Part shown: piece after piece, positions 1 through 11,320 of the stretch
Layout: every line of letters begins with the position of its first letter
Numbering within the stretch: the first letter of the stretch is position 1
From: Octopus vulgaris
Lineage: Eukaryota
Assembly (NCBI GenBank): GCA_951406725.2
Contig: OX597814.1
Location: 202,678,001-202,742,000 of the forward strand
Direction: 5' to 3'
DNA length: 64,000 nucleotides
Position numbers and translations under genes: made by a program
The notes under the pieces: generated by a model
What the model was told of the DNA's origin: nothing
The model's input: the letters and a program-made list of their open reading frames with translations, nothing else
The model's database searches: none

Positions 1-119
1 TATGGCTATAATAGAAAATATTTACCCAAGGTACTGTCTAGTGAGACTGAACCCAAAACCCTCATGTGGTTGTAAAGCAAAATTCTTTACCACACAACCA
101 TTCCTGTGACTTTGGAAAA

Positions 120-460
120 GCCAGAGCCATCTGACTGGCACCTGTGCTGGTGGCACATAACAAGCGTCATTCAAGCATTGGGTCGCACGGAGGTAGTGAC
201 AGGTGACCGAGACCTTTAGTGATACACCATGCTTATGAAGACCTGTCAAGCCGAGTGAGGTCATAGTCATGGCCGATGCCAGTGTCATGTCAATGGCACC
301 TGTGCCACTATACTCTTGGTGTAGTTGGCATTAGGAAGGGCACCCAGCTGTAGGGACCCTGCCAAATCAGATTGGAGCATGGTGCAGCTCCCCAGCTTTT
401 CAGTTTTCAAGCAAACCATCCAACACATGCCAGCATGGAAAGCGGATGTTAAATGATGAC
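120..460 (+). mobile_element. 5'-truncated RTE LINE 3' end (degenerate ORF C-terminus + 3' UTR)
   Basis: Decayed TEVVTGDRDL..MKT resembles the C-terminus of the 25-27 kb RTE ORF. Ends in ggaagggcacccagctgtag...gcatggaaagcggatgttaaatgatga, the RTE 3' UTR with its (GAT)n tail. Confidence 0.7.
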
Positions 461-849
461 TCAAATTTCATCTGTTTCCCTCTTGTTTTTGATTATTTTC
501 ATTTTTTTACCTTTTGAGGGGTGTATTTTTAAGATCCCTTTTTCTTTCATACTTATTCCTTTAGAGATACAACATGCCTTCAAAGAAATGTCAATACATT
601 TGTATAAATTAAATGCATGCAAAATAAGTCAATTACAATTTTAGAAAATTCAAAAATTTTCCTGAAAAATATGCAGTATTCAGTTTTCTCAAGTTATTAC
701 TTAGGTTTTAAGAGTAATCATTAAAAGTAATTATTAAAATTTATATCTCTGTTGAAAATACACTGCCTTGGTTTCATTAAATTTTGAAATAATGATGAAC
801 TCAGTAAAATATATCATTTTTCAGCTGGTGTGTTGAACATAAATTGGTT

Positions 850-1043
850 TCAAATTTTGGTGCAAGGTCAGCAATTTTAGGGTTGGGGCTAAGTCAGTTA
901 CATCAACCCCAATGCTCAATTGGTACTTATTTTGCTGACCCCAAAAGGCAAAGTTGACCTCAGTGGAATTTGAACTCACAACAAACAAAATGCTGCAAAG
1001 CATTTTGCCTGGATTGCTAACGATTCTGTCAGCTTGCCACCTT
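850..1043 (-). mobile_element. tRNA-derived SINE family B (Nin/Deu-domain-like)
   Basis: Reverse complement of the ggcgagctggcagaatcgttagca...ctgagttcaaattcc...gactttgcctttcatcctttcggggtcg consensus found many times in the window. Confidence 0.7.
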
Positions 1044-1165
1044 GTTGGTGTTTCAAATATAAATTAACATGATAATTTGATGCAAGTCCTTAATTTAAAG
1101 CACTTCAAAATAGAACATTTGTATACAAGGCCAGTTCCAGGCTGGTCAGTATCAAGAAATGTTAA

Positions 1166-1384
1166 CACTTTTGACACCATATTTTTATTCAAATAACCTG
1201 CCTTTGTCTCAATTTTGAAAATAACAACAGATTTAGTAAAACAACTTTGTCCTTAATTAAGCTGGCATTTCGATCATAAATTAACAAGAAATTTTGATGG
1301 AAAATTTTAATTTGGAGCGCTTCAAAGCAAGAAAATTCTATCATAAAACAAGGGGTGGTCTCAAACAGATTAGTATCAAAAGGG
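1166..1384. mobile_element. piggyBac-type MITE (TTAA-flanked)
   Basis: TTAA at 1162-1165 and 1385-1388. Termini cacttttgacac / gtatcaaaaggg. Interior resembles the 49775-49992 copy. Confidence 0.6.
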
Positions 1385-1860
1385 TTAAGGGTTTTTGCAA
1401 TTCCTTTAATGTGAAGTGTTGAATCTAGAATACTCAAATTCCATACATTGATTTTTCGGTGACATTTAATCTCTTAATTAAAAAAAAAAAGCTATTAAGT
1501 AAAAAGAAAAAGAAGAAAAAAGACAAGGCCATTGTTTGATTATTCAAAAATAAAACAACATTGATTGGCATTTAATCATGGATAAGGTGATTTGAACTGA
1601 GAAAGGATTTTGTGGTAAGAAGTTTGCTTCCCAACCACATGGTTCTGGGTTCAGTTTTGCTGCATGGCACCTTGGGCAGACTAAAACCTTTTGAGTGGAT
1701 TTGGTAGATGGAACCTGAAAGGAGCCCATCGTGTGTGTGTGTGCATGTATTTGTCCCTCGCTACAATTTGAGAAATGATCTTAGTGTGTTTACGTCCCCA
1801 TAACTTAACAGTTTGGCGAAAGGAGTCAACAGAATAAGTGCCAGTAACAATAATTACTGG

Positions 1861-2320
1861 TGTAGTGATGCTATTTTGGAAGTTTTCACCACGCATGCGC
1901 AGAGTTGGATTACTTCCGGCAGGCTACCGGAAGTTCCCGCATGCGCAGAGAACTACCAACAGAAAGTTTGCCCGCTAGATCTGTCTTTTGGAAGCTGCAG
2001 CCGAATCGAGTGGACACAACTCAAGGTTCTCTCAAGAAAACCCAACACGTAGAGAAGCCCCCTTCTACACGGGAACGGAAACAGTATTTTGGCTCACACA
2101 AGTTAACTATTGTGAATAGTTTCATAGCTTTGGCTACCGGTTCACCCTGAAGAAAAATATATGTATATATATTTTCTATTTGCGAATCCACACAAAAATA
2201 AAATATTATTTATTGCTGTTGAAGATAGTCGAAGTTTTGGTTTTCCTTTCGACATAATTGAATGTAACAGGATATGATCGGCACCCCTCAAGTGTTCCAG
2301 AGACCTTCATCCTTGTTACA
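1861..2320. mobile_element. probable solo LTR (460 bp)
   Basis: Begins TGTAG and ends TTACA (TG...CA). Flanks ctgg/ctgt form an imperfect 4-bp TSD. AATAAA at 2197. Cleanly interrupts a SINE. Confidence 0.55.
1891..1947. promoter_or_regulatory. cluster of NRF1-like (CGCATGCGCA x2) and ETS-like (ACTTCCGG, CCGGAAGT) motifs in the putative LTR
   Basis: acgcatgcgca at 1891, acttccgg at 1912, ccggaagt at 1927, cgcatgcgca at 1938. CpG-rich relative to the background. Confidence 0.45.
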
Positions 2321-2646
2321 CTGTTATCAAATTATTCGACTAAAAATTCTTCAAGGAGGTGCCCCAGCATGGCCACAGTCAAATGACTGAAGCAAGTAAA
2401 AGATAAAAGGCGAAATATATTAGATGGCATTTGGTGAAAAACACATTATTAATCACAGGTTTTCCATGGGTTGTTTGTTGGTTTACTGGCATTTCTGACG
2501 GTGAATATCACAGTAGACTTTGTTCCAAAAGCTGACTTTTTTTTTCTTTCTTTTCTCTTTTTTGTTAAACCTTGCAATGACCACGTTCATTTCTGATGCA
2601 CATATGTGCAAAACACACACACACATCCATTAATTTTATTAGAAGA

Positions 2647-3091
2647 CTAGCACTATGACCAGGTGTTCCTGGGTCATATTGCTAGTGCATGCATATACAG
2701 CTGCGTGCATGCGCACATACACGTGAGTACTGTCCAAATCTCCAACCAATCATATACAATTGCATATCAAGTTTCGGGCATTTTCCAACCAATCATATAC
2801 AATTGCATATCAAGTTTCGGGCATTTTCCAACCAATCATATACAATTGCATATCAAGTTTCGGGCATTTTGATAGGGTTTTGGATAGAAAATTCACAAAA
2901 AAATCACTTGTACTGATTTTTTTAATGGCTTTGCTGGGTGACTGGGGAAATGTAAAGATGTGCACGACCACCCTTGGACGGTTTTGAATGACCATAGAAA
3001 GTGCGAGCCCTCTAACTGAAAAATTGTGGATTTGTATAAAGGATATACACACACAGACAGACAGACATTTTGCCGTTTATATAGAGAGAGA
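2647..3091 (-). mobile_element. non-autonomous Helitron-like element
   Basis: On the minus strand it starts TC (tctctctctatataaacggca, shared with the 12657 copy) and ends with a hairpin + CTAG. Inserted at an A|T site. Confidence 0.65.
2741..2869. repeat. 3 x 43-bp perfect tandem repeat inside the Helitron-like element
   Basis: tccaaccaatcatatacaattgcatatcaagtttcgggcattt at 2741, 2784 and 2827. Confidence 0.95.
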
Positions 3092-3929
3092 TGAAGCTTC
3101 TGGAGTCATAGCACAGAGTTTTAAATGATTGAGGTAGGGAAGTAATGTGACAATATGTAAACAAATACCTATGAACAGATTGACATATTATTGACTATTG
3201 AAATTTGATTGGATACTGAATAAAAAGAACAAATAGTATGTTCCACACAGAAATTGTCACTCGCAGTAGAAATACGTTCTCTGCTCAATTGGATTAAACC
3301 CGACCCTACACGGTTGACAAGCAGTCTCTTCAACCACAAAGACATGCCTGTTCCTATGTCCACAGGATATCACTGAAAAAGTGAGTAAAACAGCAAACAA
3401 CTCGGTACAATATTTCCCTTTATTATTAACGTTGGATGAAATAATATATTGCAGTTATGTCTCTGCTATAATTTATCTATTGGTTACTACTGTCAGGCAG
3501 CCACTTTATATCGATTGGTTACTACTACCGTCAGGCAGCCACGGTGATGGAGTGAAATGACATGTACTTTACAGCTTCCCATTTATCTTTCTCCCTGTGT
3601 TTTTACGGCTTCTTGCTTAATTAGGAAATATTTTGGTTACCAAGTTATTGAAAGAATAACACAGCTAATATAAATGTTTGCCATAGTCATGTTTGGAATC
3701 TACTGTTCAGGGTCTCTTTGGTTGCTAGGCTGGGTGTGTGGTGAGGAATTTCGCTTTGTAACCATGTGGGTCTGAGTTCAGTCCTGTAGTGCAGAACCTT
3801 GTGTCTTTACTGGATTGGCTAAACTTTGTAAGAGGAATTTAATGGATAGAATCTATATGGAAGACTGCAGCCATGCTGGGGCAACTCCTTGAAGAAGTTT
3901 TAGTCGAATAAATTGATACCAGTAATTAA

Positions 3930-4244
3930 TGTTTGTAAGCCATTTAAGAAACACACAAAAGCCGTTAGATTCACTTCAACGTTTAAGTTTAATTTGTCAA
4001 AATATTTTCGTCGCTATAAGACCGCGACCTGTTCACTGACAAAAATCCGTGATGCAGCACGGATTTTTGTCAGTGAACAGGTCATGACGAAAATATTTTG
4101 ACAAATTAAACTTAAACGTTGAAGTGAATCGAACGGCTTTTGTGTGTTTCTTAAATGGCTTACAAACACCTTCCGCGCTGCAATTGTTTTCGTTCCAGCA
4201 CACAATCTCAGATCAAATCACTTGCTATGCAAGTACATCTCAGT
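3930..4244. mobile_element. fold-back Penelope-like non-autonomous element, family P1 (copy 1)
   Basis: Inverted arms ~3930-4054 and 4055-4169, centred on ccgtg(a)tgcagcacgg. Unique 3' extension to ~4244. Direct repeat cagtaattaatgtt at 3920-3933 and 4241-4254. Inserted in a SINE. Confidence 0.75.
3993..4043 (-). ncRNA. minimal type-I hammerhead-like motif with G3/C8 core (GUGAACA)
   Basis: Minus strand reads tttgtca-GTGAACA-g-gtcgc[ggtcttata]gcgac-GAAA-atat-T-T-tgacaaa: 7-bp stem I, 5-bp stem II, palindromic stem III AATATT. Confidence 0.6.
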
Positions 4245-4430
4245 AATTAATGTTACTGGCGCTTATTCTGTTGACCCCTTTAGCCAAACTGTTTGTTTGT
4301 GTTTGCTTGTTTTTGTTTGTTTGTGTGTGTGTGTGTGTAAACATCAAAGAGGGATATGAAATATGGGATATCAATCTATGATGTTAAAATATAATCCTGA
4401 AATAAATTTAATATTACAATACTTTCAATA

Positions 4431-4842
4431 AGGTGCAGGCATGGCTGTGTGGTAAAGTGCTTGCTTCCCAATCACATAGTTCCAAGTTCAGTCCCACTGC
4501 ATGGCACCTTGAACAGGTGTCTTCTGCTATAGCTCCAGGTCAATCAAAGGCTTGTGAGTGGATTTGGCAGATGGAAACTTAAAGAAGCCCATCGTATATA
4601 TATATTTATATATTTATCTATGTGTGTGTCTTTGTGTCTGTATTTTCCCCACCACTACCACTGCTTAACAACCAGTGTTGGTGTGTTTACATCCCTGTAA
4701 CTTAGTAGTTCTAAAAAAGAGATTGACAGAGTGCCAGGATAAAAAAAAACACTGTAGTCAATTCCTTCAACTAATAGTTTTTCTAGGCAAAGCCCCAGCA
4801 TGGCCACAGTCTAATGACTGAAACAAGTAAAAGATAAAAGAT
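4431..4842 (+). mobile_element. tRNA/CORE SINE family A (CR1-type tail)
   Basis: A-box tggctgtgtgg, B-box-like agttcagtccc, tail ccccagcatggccacagtctaatgactgaaacaagtaaaaga. Confidence 0.85.
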
Positions 4843-5377
4843 GATTAATTATTTTTTTAAATCATGTTTATCCCAATTTGTAAATAGATATGTAGTGGAC
4901 CAATCACTGGTTCATGCATTTCTGACATTTAGTGAAACAAGGGAACTTCTGTATAACTTGGTGCAGAACAAATATAAACAGGGATACTTTTTCTTTTCAA
5001 CAATCCCCCTTTAATATTTTTGACCTACTGAATATCATTTGTTCACAAACTGTGAGCTACAATTGATTTAAGATTAAAAATAAAAAATATTAAATTTGTC
5101 TTTGACGTACTAATGTAGTTCACAGTCTCTTGTGAACTACATTAGAAGTATTCTGATTTCAAAGTTATTTTAATAATATATATTAGCACAATGCAAGAGT
5201 GTCCCATATTTCTAAGTTCAAATTTCACTAGAGTCAATATTGTGATTCATCTTTTGAAAGAATCAGAGTAAAAATCAACTGTCCCACTACATTTGAGCTG
5301 AGCTCACTAGCTACACTTACAAAAATATACTAGTTTTACTATAAATGAGCTGAGCTCACTGGCCATACTAATAGTGA

Positions 5378-5590
5378 TTTCAAATTTTGGCACAAGATCA
5401 GCAATTTTGGGGGAGGGGATAAGTCGATTACATTGACCCCAGTACTGAACTGGTACTTATTTTATTGAACCCCAAAGGGTGAAAGGCAAAGTCAACTTTG
5501 ATGGAATTTGAACTCTGAACATAAAGACGGACAAAATACCGCTAAGTATTTTGCCCTGCATGCTAACAATTCTGCAAGCTCGTCACCTTA
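5378..5590 (-). mobile_element. SINE family B
   Basis: Matches the family B consensus (reverse complement). Confidence 0.75.
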
Positions 5591-5951
5591 CTAGTTTCAG
5601 AGTTGATTGGTCATAGTAATAGAGTATTATTAGAGCTGAGCTGAGATCACTAATCATACTTATAAAAAAGATCAAAGCAGTTTTTACTTCAGTTAAGCAG
5701 CTCTACTTATACAAAAAAAAAAAAATGTTTTACCAGAGTTATAGTTATAAATAAAAAAAAAAGCAATCTTTACTGTAGTTGAGCTGAGATCACTAGCCAT
5801 ACTTATTTAAAAGGGGAAATAGTTTTACTAACTTCACTGGCCATACATACATGTCACAGCCAAAAACTATTCAAGCCAAGGAAACCTCTACATAGTTGCT
5901 CAACTGACTAGAAATTATCTACTCTTGCTCAAATCACATTCCATGATCTTA

Positions 5952-6343
5952 TCTCTCTATATATAAAGCTGAAGTTGTCGGTGTATGGCAGGTTTAGTAG
6001 GCTTCAACTAACACTATCTCCTCCGAGACCCTGTGGCACAAGTTGACCAAAATTGAGAGTATGATAGAAGAAGGCTTGCTCTTTCTTCCGTAGAAGAAAA
6101 TATTCAAATCAGACCATGTTAACACCAAAGATTATTTACATCAAAAAGGTGCTTTTCTTCTATGAAAATCCCTATTTTTTACGATTTTTTTACTGCTGTG
6201 TCGTCATTTTTCGGTGTATTTCAACCAGAAAAAAGTTCACTTAAAGAGAATAACAAGATACATAATGCAAAAGTTTTACTTTTCAAAAATTCCAATTTTA
6301 AAGGGTTGAAACAAACCCGAGCAACACCGAGCGATACTGCTAG
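5952..6343 (+). mobile_element. non-autonomous Helitron
   Basis: a|TCtctctatatataaa ... aacccgagcaacaccgagcgatactgCTAG|t. 5' TC, subterminal hairpin, 3' CTAG, A|T insertion site, no TSD. Confidence 0.8.
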
Positions 6344-7502
6344 TAAAGTGATAAGGACATATTAAATGATGTAGTATTGTAAAAAGTTGAAATGGTTAAA
6401 GTTTTGACTTTGGGGGTTAGATAACCAACCATTATGACTCTGGTTCTTTGGTGCATTTTGCAGAGTTTACTTTATTGCATGCATTGAGACCAGGTTGAAA
6501 TATTAACTACATCTGTCTCATTGGTCTAGATGGGGATGAGTTAAGAGTTGTGCATTGCCCCTTCACCTTTCACTGACTAAGAAAGATAAAATGACCAAAA
6601 AAGAACATTAGTTTTGGCCATTGTCAATAAGATCTCGTTATTTACACTTTATTAGCTAATTGTTACGCCAATAGTTTGTTGAATTGATTTGTAAGTCTCC
6701 AATCACTGACTGTTCCTATCTATAACCACCCTAAATCACTCCTGATCAATATTCTTGTTTAGTTAACCTTTATATTAAGTGCCTTCATTCTTGAGCCATT
6801 TCAGAAAATCTCTGTCCCCCACCCTCACACACCACAACTGTTCTTCTCACTGATCTTTTTAAGCTAGACATCTAATTTAAGTGCTTACTCATCCATCATT
6901 AATTAATTTACAGTTCATTAAATTAAAGCTTGGAAATCACTTTTACTTTATTTGTTATATATATAGATGTAGGCGTAGCTGAGTGGTTAAAAAGTTTGCT
7001 TTGCAGCCCCATGGTTTCAGGTTCAGTTCCAATGCATAGCATCTTAGATAAGTGTCTTCTATTATAGTCCTGGGCTGATAAAAGCTCTCTGAGTGAATTT
7101 GTTAGACAGAAACTGAAAAAGAAGCCCATCACCTGTGTGTGTGTGTGTGTGTGTGTCTCATTGTTGACAATTAGTATGTTTTGTCAAGGTAAACATTACT
7201 GTTGTACAAATTGGTATTGTTTCTTTGCAGTCATGCATGAAAAATTATCCAGACAAAAGGAAAATGTCAACTAGTTTGAGGGCAACAGAATGCAAATGTG
7301 ACAAAAGAAAATGTTCCTCAATTAATTTTATCAGCCCCAAGCAAACATGAAAAAGTAGGTTAAAATGGCAACAATAATGATGATGATGATGATGGAGGCT
7401 GTGATGATGATAATTATAATAATGATGATGTTGATGATGTGTTATCCATTGATTTAAAAAAAACTGAGATATAATATTCAATCAGCTTGAACAGTATCAA
7501 TA

Positions 7503-7905
7503 AGAGCCGGTGTGACTGTCCGGTAAGAAGTTTGCTTCCCAACCAGATGGTTCCAGGTTCAGTCCCACTGCACGACACCTTGGGCAAGTCTTTTCTACTC
7601 TAGCCTCAGGCCAACCAAAGCCTTGTGAGTGGATATGGTAGACAGAAACTGAAAGAAGCCCATCGTATGTATGTATGTGTGCATGTCATTGTGTCTGTGT
7701 TTGTCCTCCACCCCACTAGCTAACAACTGGTGTTGGTGTGTTTACATCCCCCCCAACTTTGTTGTTTGGCATAAGAGACTGATAGAATAAGTGCCTGGCT
7801 TTGAAAGAAAAATACTGCGGTTGATTCAGTTGATTAAAAAAATTCTTCAAGGCTGTGCCCCAGCATGGCCACAGTCTAATGATTGAAACAAGTAGAAAAT
7901 AAAAG
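7503..7905 (+). mobile_element. SINE family A
   Basis: Full head, CORE-like block and tail. Confidence 0.85.
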
Positions 7906-8151
7906 CTGGTAACTAATAGCTTTCTGATATGAAATAGACTTAGGACGTGAAGAAGAAAGAGTCTGTCATTTATGATAGATTCCATATTTACAAAGATTAT
8001 GATTAACAAATGCTTGAATGGTTAGCCTTTTTCTTACCATATTTCGGTTTTTATTTCAATTAATTTTGAAAATAATGTCAAACTTCATAAAATACTTTGT
8101 TATTATTAAACTAGTGTTTCAAACACAAAATGGAAGGTTTTTAAAGTAGAA

Positions 8152-8367
8152 CTCTTTTACTCTATTTTACTTGTTTCAGTCATTTGACTGCGGCCATGCT
8201 GGAACACCACCTTTAGTCGAGCAAATCGACCCCAGGACTTATTCTTTGTAAGCCTAGTACTTATTCTATCGGTCTCTTTTGCCAAACCGCTAAGTTACGG
8301 GGATGTAAACACACCAGCATCGGTTGTCAAACGAATGTTGGGGGGACAAAAACAGACAAACAAACAT

Positions 8368-8418
<51 letters not shown>

Positions 8419-8581
8419 TATGACGGGCTTCTTTCAGTTTCCACCTACCAAATCCACTCACAAGGCTTTGGTCGGCCCGAGGCTATAGTTGAAGACACTT
8501 GCCCATGGTTCCACGCAGTGGGACTGAACCCAGAACCATGTGGCTGGTAAGCAAGCTACTTACTACACAGCCACACCTACG
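8152..8581 (-). mobile_element. SINE family A
   Basis: Full-length reverse-complement copy with internal (TA)n. Confidence 0.9.
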
Positions 8582-9034
8582 ACTGGAAGTTTTTTTTTTT
8601 CTCTTTCTTTTAATCATAGAACCAGAGACAATCGTAGTTGGATCAGTACCAGAAGGGTTAAAACATATAAAAAGTGTAAGTGAGGATGATGTCTGTTTTG
8701 ATTTCGTTGAGTTTTCAAATTTCCTAATTATGTTCTATCTCAGAAGCAAAAGTCTGACAAAAATTCTATAATTTGGCAGATTTCATGTTTTCTGTCTGTC
8801 TCTTCTAATCATATCTAATTTATATCAATAGTGCATATGGAGACATGCGTAAAAATAACCCTTGTAATAAGCATATGCTAATTTCACTGGAATATAAATT
8901 CATGTTTGCCACTCAGAAACAAAATTCTTCGATTCAGTATTTTAATTCCCTGTCACATGTGATAAAAATGAAATTCCCATTGTTCTCCCACTTCACCAGT
9001 TTGAGGTACATTTTTATTATTATTATTATTCAGT

Positions 9035-9450
9035 AGTCTTATTTTTATCATGTGCTTTCACTGCACAACCGAGCACAGCTCTGCGTTCCTTGGGTATGTG
9101 CTGTGGTTTGTTGTGGTGCTCTTATTTTCACTGTATTGAAAGTGTTTTACGTAGGATGTGTGCGGTGCCTAGTAGTGCTATTTTCTGTATGTTATATATA
9201 CTTGTTAGTCCTGGTGTTTTTGTTATGTATTTGTCTGAATGTTTATTTATCATACCTAATACACCTAGAATGATTGGAATTGTTTCTGTTTCTAGACTCC
9301 GCATTCGAGTTACCTCTATTTCCAGATCTTTGTATTTTGAAAGTTTCTCCATTTCTTTTAGAGAAACATTGTCATCTGTTGGTATTGATATCATTATTAG
9401 AAGGCATTTTTTTCTTGGTGATCTCTGACAACTATATCCAGTCTATTGGC
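9035..9450 (-). mobile_element. R4/Dong-clade LINE 3' fragment (restriction-like endonuclease domain)
   Basis: ISIPTDDNVSLKEMEKLSKYKDLEIE...IPIILGVLG...IQKIALLGTAHILRKTL is typical of the RLE C-terminus. Flanked by (ATT)n. Confidence 0.8.
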
Positions 9451-9491
9451 CTATTATTATTATTGTTATTATTATTAATATATTATTGTTA

Positions 9492-9800
9492 TTTTATGTT
9501 TGACTTTTGCTTTGCATTTGTACAAATTGGCTCCAAGTCTCACCCAGAGACCTCAAGAGACAACAAGTTGGAAGTTCAAGTTGGTATTATGCTTAGGGTG
9601 TCATATATTTGGTTTTGTACATAGTGTTGTTCTAAAGAATGTTTAAGAAACCATAAGAAACTTATGTGTTTGTTTTAAAATTTGAGATTACATAGAAAGT
9701 ATTTTACATGGGCTATGGAGAGTGCCAATGAACACTATCTTTTGAATTTCTGCCATTTTGGGGTTTCCTGGTATCTGAGCTAGGTAGCAATCAGCCCCTT
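9492..9800 (-). mobile_element. second R4/Dong-like 3' fragment
   Basis: Minus strand reads ..AQIPGNPKMAEIQKIVFIGTLH..KILSM* followed by 3' UTR. (ATT)n on both sides. Confidence 0.65.
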
Positions 9801-9845
9801 TTATTATTATTATTATTATTATTATCATTATTATTATTATTATTG

Positions 9846-10050
9846 AGGCAGCGAACAGGCAGAATCATTAGTACGCTAAGTGAAATGCTGTCTGCATTTT
9901 GCCTGTCTTTACATTCTGAGTTCCAATTCCAACTTTGCTTTTCATCCTTTCGGGGTCGATTAAATAACTACCAGTGAAATTCTGGGGTCAATGTAATTGA
10001 CTTCATCCCGTCTCCCAAATATGAAGCCTTATGCTTCCAGTAGAAAGGAT
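9846..10050 (+). mobile_element. SINE family B
   Basis: aggcagcgaacaggcagaatcattag...ctttgcttttcatcctttcggggtcg. Confidence 0.75.
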
Positions 10051-10844
10051 TATTTTTGTTATTGTTATTATTATTATTATTATTATCATTAGTGGTGGTG
10101 GTAGTAGTAGTATTTTTTGTTGTTTAACCCTAGGTCAGCCCTGAACTGACAGACCTGTTGTCAAAGGTGTTTCAGTAGTGATCATCCTATCTTTCCAAAG
10201 TTACCTCGGAATACATTATCGAACGTGATCTTCCCTTAATGTCGGCTGCATTTAATATGAGGAAGACTCGACTGCTATTTCTAGCAGATTGAGCCACTAT
10301 CCTAATCTCCATTATTGTGACCCCTACCACATCCTTATGTCCACTTATTGATGCTATCAGGGATTCATAGTGGATAGTGAGGAGGGGGGGTATCATATCA
10401 GAATATAGGTCCCCAGTGCATTACTGTTTGCTGACAGTAGGTTATAGCATAGACAGGTTAGCTGCAAGACCCTGAACCCATGTGGCCCTTGAATGCACCC
10501 ATACATTGAGGTAGCACAGTTAAATGGGAATTTTTTTCCCTTTTCTTCTTTTGCGGCCATGTTTTATGGTTGGATACCCTTCCTGCTGCCAACCCTTTTC
10601 GAGGCAGTACCATACTTAGTCTAAAACAGGGAGACATTTTCAAGGCATCAAAGAATATAGGAATAATTCTACAGCATTTCTTCTAGTTTACTGAACTTTT
10701 GTTGTTGTTGAGCTGAAACTAACTTGTTGAAGCAGAATATTAAAGAAATGAAATTGACGGGAAACACGAGAAAAGGTAAAAGAAATAAAAGATTTTCTTT
10801 TAGCCAACACGGCTGTTCCTTTAGAAATAAGCAGATTAGGAAAC

Positions 10845-11320
10845 AAAACACTCACACACACACACATGCAAATACAAACATAATCACACACACACATACA
10901 AATATATACATATGCAACAAACATGCAAACAAGAACACCACACACATATGCACTCATATACACTTTCTTAAACACACACACTCACACACATACACATTCA
11001 CACACACAAGCTTATACAAATGCAACAACACACATAGAAGCTTATACAAATGCAACAAACAAACAAACAAGAACACCACACATATATGCACTCATATACA
11101 CTTGTTTAAACACACACACATTCACACACTCACACACATGCACACACACACACGCATACAAACATATACAAATGTGACAAACAAGCAAACAAGAACACAT
11201 TACATATGCACTCATATACACTTGCTTAAACACACACACACTCACACACACATTCACATACATACAACACCACACACACAACATAACACTCACACAGATA
11301 TGCAGACACTCACGCACAGA
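10845..11320. repeat. CA-rich degenerate minisatellite
   Basis: Repeated aacaagaacaccacacatatgcactcatatacact units and (CA)n. Confidence 0.85.

Larger units (their letters stand above)
1605..2410 (+). mobile_element. tRNA/CORE SINE family A, interrupted by an insertion at 1861-2320
   Basis: Head and ccttgggca CORE-like block at ~1605-1730. Body to 1860. Tail gccccagcatggccacagtcaaatgactgaa resumes after 2320. Confidence 0.75.

Noticed and set aside
2741-2869. 43-bp direct repeats as a CRISPR array
   Set aside because: No spacers and no cas genes. They are tandem repeats inside a Helitron-like element in eukaryotic DNA.
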